From positions 1 through 26,991 of IMG/VR virus record IMGVR_UViG_3300032225_001492: DNA of 26,991 nucleotides; one strand, 5' to 3'. The notes under the pieces are model-generated. The model searched no databases. It saw only the letters and a list, made by a program, of their open reading frames with translations, and was not told the DNA's origin. Position numbers and translations under genes: made by a program. Positions 17,552 through 24,934 of the stretch are shown piece after piece (within the stretch, counting starts at the first letter, position 1; each line of letters begins with the position of its first letter). Source of the DNA: a virus. Lineage: Duplodnaviria > Caudoviricetes.

Positions 17552-18276
17552 TGTCAAAAAAGAATCCAGGACGCATTGACTGTGCCTGCGTTATTCACGG
17601 CTCTGGCTATGACTGGCAGTATGTAGAAAAATTATACAATATGTTGAGTCGAAATCTCTCGGCAGAAGTTCGCCTGCATGTGTACACTGAGCATGATAGA
17701 TCAGTACCACCACACATGGTCAAACACATTTTGGAAGACTGGGGTATAAGCGGGCCCAAGCGATCCTGGTGGTACAAGATGCAGTTGTTTAACCCTGCTC
17801 ACTTTACCGGCAATCTCTTGTACTTTGATCTAGACGTTGTGATTGCCAATCAACTGAACTGGGTACGTGAACTCAGTACCGACTATCTTTGGACCATTAG
17901 AGATTTCAGATATCTACAACGCCGTGACACTGTGACAATGAACTCCAGCATGATGTGGTTCAATGTCGATCGCTTTAGTTGGATATGGGATCAATTCAGT
18001 CAACTTGATTTCAAAGCCACAATCAAAAGTTATCCCGGAGATCAAGATTACCTGGGTGCAGTACTAGATGTGAACCAAAGACGCTTTGCAGAAGACTTGT
18101 ATTTTGAAAGTTTTCGTTGGCAATGCTTGGACGGCGGATATGACTTTGCTCGAAGAAAACATCTCAAACCCGGCAGTGGGGTTCGAATAAAACCCGGTAC
18201 CAGTGTAGTGGTGTTCCATGGCAACCCCAAACCCGCACAAGTGCATGACCCTGTGATACAACAACTGTGGCAGTAA
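17551..18276 (+). CDS. GT-A fold glycosyltransferase
   Basis: YVEKLYNM, WWYKMQLF, DxD motif LYFDLDVV, NSSMM, GDQDYL, VVFHGNPKP. Confidence 0.85.
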   Translation: MSKKNPGRIDCACVIHGSGYDWQYVEKLYNMLSRNLSAEVRLHVYTEHDRSVPPHMVKHILEDWGISGPKRSWWYKMQLFNPAHFTGNLLYFDLDVVIANQLNWVRELSTDYLWTIRDFRYLQRRDTVTMNSSMMWFNVDRFSWIWDQFSQLDFKATIKSYPGDQDYLGAVLDVNQRRFAEDLYFESFRWQCLDGGYDFARRKHLKPGSGVRIKPGTSVVVFHGNPKPAQVHDPVIQQLWQ

Positions 18277-18278
18277 AA

Positions 18279-18326
18279 AGTAGTACTAGAGTAGTACTTG
18301 ACCAATAATTCCCTTTTTGCTACAAT
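18279..18326 (+). promoter_or_regulatory. Early sigma70 promoter 1 with tandem AGTAGTACT boxes
   Basis: AGTAGTACT at 18279-18287 and 18290-18298; TTGACC (18298-18303), 17 nt, TACAAT (18321-18326), extended TG. Confidence 0.85.
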
Positions 18327-18355
18327 AGTGGCATACAAAGCAAAAAGGAGTTGCC

Positions 18356-18586
18356 GTGGGATACCGTATTATCGCAAACAAGTTTGAAACAGACATGATG
18401 CGCCAGAAGTATGGCCCACGTGCAGGCCTTGAAGGACCATTCAAGTATGCATCAGGACGAGTGTTATACTACGATCCCAAAGAAGGTCGCTACTATGACC
18501 CTACTACAGACTTCTACCTCAGCCACGAGGAAATGGATGCTGAACACGGAATTCTTGTCAAGCGTTTAGTTGATTTCCAAAAGTAA
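18356..18586 (+). CDS. Hypothetical early protein
   Basis: GTG start with SD AAGGAG; 76 aa containing a YYDP repeat (YYDPKEGRYYDP). Confidence 0.8.
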   Translation: MGYRIIANKFETDMMRQKYGPRAGLEGPFKYASGRVLYYDPKEGRYYDPTTDFYLSHEEMDAEHGILVKRLVDFQK

Positions 18587-18629
18587 TACTTTTGCTGTAA
18601 TTGACAATAAATTGTCCTTTTGCTATAAT
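18578..18629 (+). promoter_or_regulatory. Early sigma70 promoter 2 with palindrome CAAAAGTA-A-TACTTTTG
   Basis: Palindrome 18578-18594; perfect TTGACA (18601-18606), 17 nt, TATAAT (18624-18629), extended TG. Confidence 0.92.
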
Positions 18630-18655
18630 ATACACATAAAGAAACAAAGGAATAT

Positions 18656-18877
18656 ATGAATCTAAAACTCAAAGCCCTATTACAGACAGCAGGAATTCTT
18701 GTTGTAACCACCACCATTGCAGTTGGTATACAACTTTTGTTTACAACTTTAACTGCAAAAGAATTGACCAACATCCTTGCAGTAGGAAGTATTACATTCT
18801 TGATATATTGCATGTATCAAGTAGTACTGAGTCGCTTGGAATACGAGCAAAAAGTTGAAGAAATTGCACAAAAGTAA
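18656..18877 (+). CDS. Small membrane protein (two predicted TM helices)
   Basis: SD AAGGA; two hydrophobic stretches (AGILVVTTTIAVGIQLLF; ILAVGSITFLIYCMY). Confidence 0.8.
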   Translation: MNLKLKALLQTAGILVVTTTIAVGIQLLFTTLTAKELTNILAVGSITFLIYCMYQVVLSRLEYEQKVEEIAQK

Positions 18878-18920
18878 TACTTTTTGTGTACTTGACCAAT
18901 AAATCAACATTTGCTATAAT
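18870..18920 (+). promoter_or_regulatory. Early sigma70 promoter 3 with palindrome AAAAGTA-A-TACTTTT
   Basis: Palindrome 18870-18884; TTGACC (18892-18897), 17 nt, TATAAT (18915-18920), extended TG. Confidence 0.9.
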
Positions 18921-18966
18921 ATACACATAGACAGTTAGATAAACCCGCACACAAAAGGAGCCAACC

Positions 18967-19989
18967 ATGAGTGCAATTTGCGTAAAAAACGGTACATACC
19001 GTAACCGACCCGTCCGCAACCAAGAATTCGTTCTTGTTAGCGGTTTTCAAACTGGTGCAAAAGGTAACTATGTTACAGTCAAAAATAACGGCACCTTCCC
19101 AAACTGCCCTGATACAATCCGTATTAGTGTAGACAACATTTCTGACATAGAGTATACTAACGGTATGACAAAAGACAATACAGTACATTTTGAAAAATCA
19201 GTTCTTGTGGCAGAATCTGACGAGGATGCAATGAACCGTATCCGCGAGCGTTTTGACATACTAACAGAGATGACCAAGGCCACTGTGAGCGGTGACATCC
19301 GTGCTATGATTGTGAGTGGCCCCCCTGGTGTTGGTAAATCCTTTGGCGTTGAGACTGAGATTGAAAAGGCTTGTTTGTTTGACAAACTGGCAGGCAAGCG
19401 TCTCCGTGCTGAGGTTGTGAAAGGTAGTGCAACACCTATCGGTTTGTTCCAGACACTTTACAAATACTCCGATGAGAATTGTGTCATTGTGTTTGACGAC
19501 TGTGACTCAATCTTGCTAGATGATGTGGCTCTTAACTTGCTGAAAGGTGCTCTTGACTCTGGCAAGAAACGTACCATTTCATGGTTGAGTGAATCCAGTG
19601 CCTTGCGCCGTGAAGGTATCCCGGATCGTTTTGAGTTCAAAGGCTCAGTAATCTTTATTACCAACTTAAAGTTTGATCAAATGAAATCGCAAAAATTGCG
19701 TGATCACTTGGATGCATTGCAATCGCGCTGTCACTATCTGGACTTGACCCTGGACTCACAGCGTGACAAATTGTTGCGTATCAAACAGATTGCCAAAGAT
19801 GGCGTGTTGTTCCAGGACTACGAGTTTGATGAGGCTGTGCAAGACGACATTATTGACTTCATGCTCACTAACAAGGATCGTTTGCGTGAATTGAGCCTGC
19901 GTATGGCTCTTAAAATTGCAGACTTGCGCAAGATGAGTGTGCTGAACTGGAAGCGCCTGGCAGAAACAACTTGCATGAAGAGTGCCTGA
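18967..19989 (+). CDS. AAA+ family ATPase with small N-terminal beta domain
   Basis: Walker A GPPGVGKS, Walker B IVFDDCD, sensor-1 FITN, arginine finger ALQSR; SD AAGGAG. Confidence 0.9.
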   Translation: MSAICVKNGTYRNRPVRNQEFVLVSGFQTGAKGNYVTVKNNGTFPNCPDTIRISVDNISDIEYTNGMTKDNTVHFEKSVLVAESDEDAMNRIRERFDILTEMTKATVSGDIRAMIVSGPPGVGKSFGVETEIEKACLFDKLAGKRLRAEVVKGSATPIGLFQTLYKYSDENCVIVFDDCDSILLDDVALNLLKGALDSGKKRTISWLSESSALRREGIPDRFEFKGSVIFITNLKFDQMKSQKLRDHLDALQSRCHYLDLTLDSQRDKLLRIKQIAKDGVLFQDYEFDEAVQDDIIDFMLTNKDRLRELSLRMALKIADLRKMSVLNWKRLAETTCMKSA

Positions 19990-19990
19990 T

Positions 19991-20083
19991 ATGGCTTGGA
20001 TAGGTGTCTTAATGTTGTTAATGTTGGGACACCTTGGCTGGTCATTGTTGTTGGCAATTTTAATTTTGTTCTTTGGAGATTGA
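19991..20083 (+). CDS. 30-aa hydrophobic membrane peptide (MAWIGVLMLLMLGHLGWSLLLAILILFFGD)
   Basis: ATG lies 1 nt after the ATPase stop and TGA 1 nt before the next ATG, so it exactly fills the gap; not in the ORF track. Confidence 0.65.
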   Translation: MAWIGVLMLLMLGHLGWSLLLAILILFFGD

Positions 20084-20084
20084 C

Positions 20085-20258
20085 ATGGCAGGCAAAGCAA
20101 AATCAGTTTATCTAACTGTAACACCCAAGGGCCAAATCCAAAGTGTTTTTCGCAAGACATTCTTTGATGCCAAAGGCTACAATGACTATGTACGTAGCGA
20201 AGAGTTCCGAGCCAAATGGCCCGCGGATCAATACGATATTATAAAGGAAACCTACTGA
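20085..20258 (+). CDS. Hypothetical 57-aa protein
   Basis: ATG 20085 with SD GGAG; MAGKAKSVYLTVTPKG... Confidence 0.75.
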   Translation: MAGKAKSVYLTVTPKGQIQSVFRKTFFDAKGYNDYVRSEEFRAKWPADQYDIIKETY

Positions 20259-20359
20259 TGTACGAAATTTATAATGATGACCTTTTGTTGTTCACAACCA
20301 ACGATACAGAAGAAGCCGACTATTACCGGATTGAAGGATATATTGTACGAAAAGTTTAA
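20258..20359 (+). CDS. Hypothetical 33-aa protein (MYEIYNDDLLLFTTNDTEEADYYRIEGYIVRKV)
   Basis: TGATG overlap with the previous gene and SD AAGGA; not in the ORF track. Confidence 0.6.
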   Translation: MYEIYNDDLLLFTTNDTEEADYYRIEGYIVRKV

Positions 20360-20372
20360 CCTTTCAAGATTT

Positions 20373-20400
20373 CCCGGGCATTGGTTGGCTCCGGCCCGGG
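20373..20400 (+). ncRNA. Candidate anti-RBS hairpin / 3'UTR-derived sRNA
   Basis: CCCGGGC, loop ATTGGTTGGCTCCG, GCCCGGG. The loop contains TGGTTGGCTCC, the reverse complement of GGAGCCAACCA (18957-18967). Confidence 0.6.
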
Positions 20401-20406
20401 TTTGAC

Positions 20407-20441
20407 AACAGACACCCCTAAAAAGGTGTCTGTTTTTTTTT
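20407..20441 (+). terminator. Rho-independent terminator
   Basis: AACAGACACC-cctaaaaa-GGTGTCTGTT running into a T tract (T run 20433-20441). Confidence 0.9.
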
Positions 20442-20479
20442 GACTTTTAGAAATATCTAGCGTATAATAAACGTAAATA
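20440..20479 (+). promoter_or_regulatory. Tandem sigma70 promoter and TAAATA box
   Basis: TTGACT (20440-20445), 17 nt, TATAAT (20463-20468); TAAATA at 20474-20479, 6 nt before ATG 20486. Confidence 0.75.
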
Positions 20480-20485
20480 CTTGCT

Positions 20486-21607
20486 ATGACTTTTTGCCAT
20501 TCTCCCTGGACCAATATTGATATCAGTCCCCAAGGTACTATTACACCTTGTTGCAAATTCCAATTGGCCGGTCACGATCAAAAATTCAACATTCAAAAAC
20601 ACACGCTGAATGAATATGTTGAGAGTGCCTTTTTGTCCAGGATTAAACAGGATTTTGCACAAGGAAACTGGCCACTGGGTTGCGAACGTTGCCAAATAGA
20701 AGAGCAGAACAATATTGAGAGCAAACGTCAACTGGACGGTCAACGTTGGTTGGAGCACTACAATCGATACCAATTAGACAGCAATCAATTTATCACAGCC
20801 AGCATAGCATTTGGAAACACCTGTAATCTCAAATGTATTACTTGTAATCCCTACAGTAGTAGTCGGTGGCAACAAGAGTACAGAGAGATATACAACATTG
20901 ACATTGATAATGTGCGTTTTTATAGAAATGATTTTGTTAAAACGTTCACAGAGCAAGCACCAAACATTGTGCATTTGGATATTCCTGGCGGCGAACCATT
21001 CTTGAGTGGAGTGCCTGAACAACAGCAATTGTTGAAATATTATGTGGAGTCCGGTCAGGCAAAAAACATCACCTTACACTATACCACCAACGCAACACTA
21101 TTTCCTGACAGGACTTGGTGGGAATTATGGCAACACTTTAAAGAAATTGATCTACAAATCAGTATAGACGGTATTGGTGCCAGATATGAGTATATTCGAT
21201 ACCCCGGCAACTGGGATAGTTTGGTTTCAAACGTTGCTCAATATCAGGATAAACAAGCAGACAATTTGAGATTGAGCGTGAGCCATACAGTCAGTGCTTA
21301 TAACATCTATTATCTTGACGAGTTTGTAAGTTGGTGTTATAATCAAGGCTTGCCAAGGCCCTGGTTAGGGCGTGTGCATAATCCTGCACACATGAGACCC
21401 ACAGTTTGGACCGGGGATGCTAAACAAAAGATTGTTGATCATTTGAGTCAAAGTTCACACGAAGATGTAAGAACTTGGGCCAAGTTAATAGAACAAAATG
21501 ATGACAGCATGATGTTTGAGCAATTTCAAAAACGTTTATATCAACATGATCAATATAGAAACACAACCTTTGCCAACACATTTCCCGAACTGGCACAATA
21601 CATATGA
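20486..21607 (+). CDS. Radical SAM protein with N-terminal twitch/SPASM-like Cys cluster
   Basis: CHSPW..PCC..CERC, CNLKCITC, GGEPF, TTNAT, SIDG; paralog of 272..1402. Confidence 0.9.
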   Translation: MTFCHSPWTNIDISPQGTITPCCKFQLAGHDQKFNIQKHTLNEYVESAFLSRIKQDFAQGNWPLGCERCQIEEQNNIESKRQLDGQRWLEHYNRYQLDSNQFITASIAFGNTCNLKCITCNPYSSSRWQQEYREIYNIDIDNVRFYRNDFVKTFTEQAPNIVHLDIPGGEPFLSGVPEQQQLLKYYVESGQAKNITLHYTTNATLFPDRTWWELWQHFKEIDLQISIDGIGARYEYIRYPGNWDSLVSNVAQYQDKQADNLRLSVSHTVSAYNIYYLDEFVSWCYNQGLPRPWLGRVHNPAHMRPTVWTGDAKQKIVDHLSQSSHEDVRTWAKLIEQNDDSMMFEQFQKRLYQHDQYRNTTFANTFPELAQYI

Positions 21608-23073
21608 AACGATGCACAATACAAATTAAAGATGAAGTAAACATTCGACTAGAAGGCCTAGATCTAGATGTACGCAAGGCCTTGGTCACGGCTTTCAAAT
21701 ATGACGTACCTTATGCTAGGTATCTGCCGGCAGTGCGCCTTGGACGCTGGGATGGCAAGGTCAGTTATTTCCAACTGGGCGGTAGCACCTACACAAACTT
21801 ACTGCCTGAGATCATTCCCATACTTGAAAAGTTTGATTATGACATTGAACTGGATGATCAAAGAGACTACTCAACCTCGTTTGCATTTGAACAAGTGCGT
21901 GAAGACTCGTTTGCACATATCAAGTGGCCCAAAGGACACCCTGCCGCAGGTGAGCCCATTGTCATGCGAGATTACCAAGTTGATATTGTGAACAACTTCC
22001 TGGCCAATCCACAATGCCTACAAGAAGTGGCCACAGGCGCAGGTAAAACAATCATGACAGCGGCATTATCAAATGCTGTCACACCATATGGACGATCAAT
22101 TGTGATTGTGCCCAACAAGAGTCTAGTGACGCAAACTGAAAAGGACTATATCAACATGGAGCAAGATGTGGGTGTGTTCTTTGGCGATAGAAAAGAGTAT
22201 GGACGCACTCATACTATTTGCACTTGGCAGAGTCTGAATGTGCTGTTGAAGAATACCAAGGCAGGCACAGGAGAAGTGACCATACAAGAGTTCTTAGAAG
22301 GTGTGGTATGCGTGATTGTAGACGAAGTACACATGGCCAAAGCAGATGCGCTCAAAACCCTGTTGACAAGCGTAATGGCTAGAGTGCCGATTCGCTGGGG
22401 ATTAACTGGAACTATTCCTAAAGAGAAGTTTGAAAGTCAAGCATTACTGGTCAGCCTTGGACCTGTTATTGGGCGCCTTAGTGCCAATGAACTACAACAG
22501 CAAGGAGTGTTGGCCAATTGTCATGTGAACATTGTGCAGTTGGTTGATCACGTGGAGTATAAAGAGTACCAATCGGAACTTAAATACTTGCTGGAAGAGT
22601 CAGGCCGCCTGGATACAATGGCTGATCTCATACGCCGGGTAAACGAAACAGGCAACACTCTAGTGCTTGTAGACCGAGTAGCCGCAGGACATGCTCTAGT
22701 AGAGCGCCTGGGTGATCGTGCTGTGTTTGTGAGCGGAGCAACCAAAGCAAAGGACCGTCAAGATGAATACGATGAAGTTGCAGAATCAACAGACAAAATT
22801 ATTGTGGCCACTTATGGTGTGGCGGCAGTCGGAATTAACATTCCGAGAATTTTTAATCTGGTTCTCATTGAGCCTGGCAAATCTTTTGTTAGGGTTATCC
22901 AGTCAATTGGTAGAGGCATCCGAAAAGCAGAGGATAAAGATCATGTTCAAATTTGGGACATTACCAGTACCTGCAAGTTCGCCAAAAGACACTTGACCAA
23001 ACGCAAACAGTTCTATCGAGAAGCCAACTATCCTTTCTCAGCAGAAAAATTAGAATGGATGAAGATAGCGTAA
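21604..23073 (+). CDS. uvsW: Superfamily 2 DNA helicase (UvsW-like)
   Basis: RDYQ, ATGAGKT, IVPNKSL, DEVH, GLTGT, GINIP, QSIGRGIR. Confidence 0.9.
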   Translation: MKRCTIQIKDEVNIRLEGLDLDVRKALVTAFKYDVPYARYLPAVRLGRWDGKVSYFQLGGSTYTNLLPEIIPILEKFDYDIELDDQRDYSTSFAFEQVREDSFAHIKWPKGHPAAGEPIVMRDYQVDIVNNFLANPQCLQEVATGAGKTIMTAALSNAVTPYGRSIVIVPNKSLVTQTEKDYINMEQDVGVFFGDRKEYGRTHTICTWQSLNVLLKNTKAGTGEVTIQEFLEGVVCVIVDEVHMAKADALKTLLTSVMARVPIRWGLTGTIPKEKFESQALLVSLGPVIGRLSANELQQQGVLANCHVNIVQLVDHVEYKEYQSELKYLLEESGRLDTMADLIRRVNETGNTLVLVDRVAAGHALVERLGDRAVFVSGATKAKDRQDEYDEVAESTDKIIVATYGVAAVGINIPRIFNLVLIEPGKSFVRVIQSIGRGIRKAEDKDHVQIWDITSTCKFAKRHLTKRKQFYREANYPFSAEKLEWMKIA

Positions 23074-23663
23074 TGGGTACACAGATTTTTGAACGACTTA
23101 AAAAACACATGCCTGCACAAACTACGGGCGTATTTGTTGAGATTGGAAGCGATAGGTTTGAAGGCAGTACAACAATACTGGCAAACTTGGCCCAGGAACA
23201 CAAAACCAAATTAATCTCTGTTGATTTATCTGCTGAAGCCAAAAACAGATTACAAAACAAACTTGACAATGTTGAATTTGTAGTGCAATCAGGAAGTGCT
23301 TGGGCCCAAGAGTTTGCACGTAAACACACTGATATCGCATTGGTATATCTAGATAATTTTGATTACATCTATGACATAAGAGAAATTGCCACACGAGACA
23401 TAACCAAAAAACAAATTGCCGAATATGCCAGTCAAGGAATTGAGATGAATAATGTCAATTGCCAGATTGAACACATGAAACAATTACTAGCATTACAATC
23501 ATTGTTTCACGACAATACCATAGTAATGTTTGATGACACATACCAATTTAATGATTGTTGGATTGGTAAATGTGGACCTTGTGTGATTTACTTGCTGTCC
23601 CAAGGTTATGAAGTTCTGGAATGGACCACAGATTGTGGCACGATCATGAAAAAAAGATCTTGA
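23073..23663 (+). CDS. SAM-dependent methyltransferase-like protein
   Basis: ATG 23073 in a TAATG overlap; FVEIGS, ISVD, LVYLD, VMFDDT, GKC; similar to 16916..17551. Confidence 0.75.
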   Translation: MGTQIFERLKKHMPAQTTGVFVEIGSDRFEGSTTILANLAQEHKTKLISVDLSAEAKNRLQNKLDNVEFVVQSGSAWAQEFARKHTDIALVYLDNFDYIYDIREIATRDITKKQIAEYASQGIEMNNVNCQIEHMKQLLALQSLFHDNTIVMFDDTYQFNDCWIGKCGPCVIYLLSQGYEVLEWTTDCGTIMKKRS

Positions 23664-23688
23664 CATTTAGTTTTAAATCCTGTATTAT
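23660..23688 (+). promoter_or_regulatory. sigma70-like promoter, probably leaderless
   Basis: TTGACA (23660-23665), 17 nt, TATTAT (23683-23688); ATG 6 nt downstream and no SD. Confidence 0.65.
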
Positions 23689-23694
23689 AACAAC

Positions 23695-24195
23695 ATGCGA
23701 ATACTAACACTAGACAACACCTACTACGATCTAAATCAACTGCCCGAAGAAGTTGATGACATGCGATTTGCTATACTTGATAATTCAAACCCAGCAGACC
23801 CTGACTATCATTTCATTCCACTAATCTTTTTAGAGTCATTTAATTCACCTGCCTTGGTATTGCGCATAGGAACACAAACACTCAAGATGCCCATGGACTG
23901 GCAAATCCTCATTGGAGAGCCCGACATCGGTGATCTAGAAGTGTTACCATTGACCAGTATCAATGATAGAGGCTTTAGAGTATTCCAATTCAACCCACTC
24001 AGCAGTTACAGACCCTCCTTCCCGGATATTGAAATCCTAGATGTGTATCATGAAGTCAACTGGTATGCGCCCAAACTCAAGAACGGTCAAATGTTGGCCG
24101 TGCCACTAAACGATGAACCAGAACCTGACTGTGTTTACTTTGTTAAAGACGTCAGTCGTAACTGCGAGATTGTGGACTACAACAAGGCCTGGTAA
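23695..24195 (+). CDS. Hypothetical beta-rich protein
   Basis: 166-aa ORF heading a translationally coupled operon. Confidence 0.85.
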   Translation: MRILTLDNTYYDLNQLPEEVDDMRFAILDNSNPADPDYHFIPLIFLESFNSPALVLRIGTQTLKMPMDWQILIGEPDIGDLEVLPLTSINDRGFRVFQFNPLSSYRPSFPDIEILDVYHEVNWYAPKLKNGQMLAVPLNDEPEPDCVYFVKDVSRNCEIVDYNKAW

Positions 24196-24491
24196 TGTCG
24201 CAACTTAAACCAGGCGCTACTTACATTTATGAGCGTGCCAATGGTGTGATCTATGCCCGTGAGTTCAATGCTGATCCTAGCACTAGATTTGAAGTGGGAT
24301 ACGAGTATGATCCCATATCAGGACACCGTGTAGATCACGACGCAAGAACTGCAGACGGCAGGCCTTTGTATACCCATATTCAAGAAAACAAACTGTGGGG
24401 GGAAATTCGGCGCGAGGCACTGACCAATCCCACTTTACAAGATGCACTGGATCATGCTATAATGATCTATCAACTAACCAAAACCAAATGA
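24195..24491 (+). CDS. Hypothetical protein
   Basis: 98 aa with TAATG and ATGA overlaps on either side. Confidence 0.8.
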   Translation: MSQLKPGATYIYERANGVIYAREFNADPSTRFEVGYEYDPISGHRVDHDARTADGRPLYTHIQENKLWGEIRREALTNPTLQDALDHAIMIYQLTKTK

Positions 24492-24934
24492 GCGACCGAC
24501 TAAACATTGCCAACGAGATGCGTATGTTTGACCGCAAGGTCAGATCATTCTATGACGACTTGACCGCCGAAGAACGGAAAAAGTTTTCAAACTATCTCAT
24601 GATACGTTGGGGCAGTTCAGTAGAAGGCTCAAGAGAACTGCAAGAGTTCTATGTTATCAGTTGCAACGAGCGGCTGAACAAGCACTTCTTCAACGTGGGT
24701 CGACATCCTAAATTACAATGGCTCATGGCCACAACAGTAAGTCCTGACATGGGCACACCAAGACATCCATGGATTGCGCCCCGAAAGAAAGAAGCCGGAC
24801 TCAGTGCCAAACGCAAGGCCTTGATGGCCATGTATCCCACATACAAAGACGATGAAATTGATGTGATGGCACAGATCACAACACAAAAAGAAATAGACGC
24901 ATACAATAGAGCCGCAGGTGCCGACAAGAAATGA
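24488..24934 (+). CDS. Clamp-loader small subunit-like protein (T4 gp62-like)
   Basis: ATG 24488. F..YLMIRW.S, NE.LN, KLQW, RHPW..KK and ALMAMY follow the pattern I recall for gp62 homologs of T4-like phages. Confidence 0.6.
   Translation: MSDRLNIANEMRMFDRKVRSFYDDLTAEERKKFSNYLMIRWGSSVEGSRELQEFYVISCNERLNKHFFNVGRHPKLQWLMATTVSPDMGTPRHPWIAPRKKEAGLSAKRKALMAMYPTYKDDEIDVMAQITTQKEIDAYNRAAGADKK

Noticed and set aside
18279-18929. Regularly spaced repeats considered as a CRISPR array or integron attC sites
   Set aside because: The repeats are sigma70 promoters separated by whole genes, and there is no cas or integrase gene in the window.
18967-19989. AAA+ ATPase as the gp44 clamp-loader large subunit
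   Set aside because: It lacks the RFC-type N-terminal W..KYRP and DEAD-like Walker B, and lies in an early cassette away from the gp62-like gene.
20360-20441. GC-rich structured segment considered as a tRNA
   Set aside because: There is no cloverleaf, T-loop GTTCRA or CCA end. It is explained by one hairpin plus a terminator.
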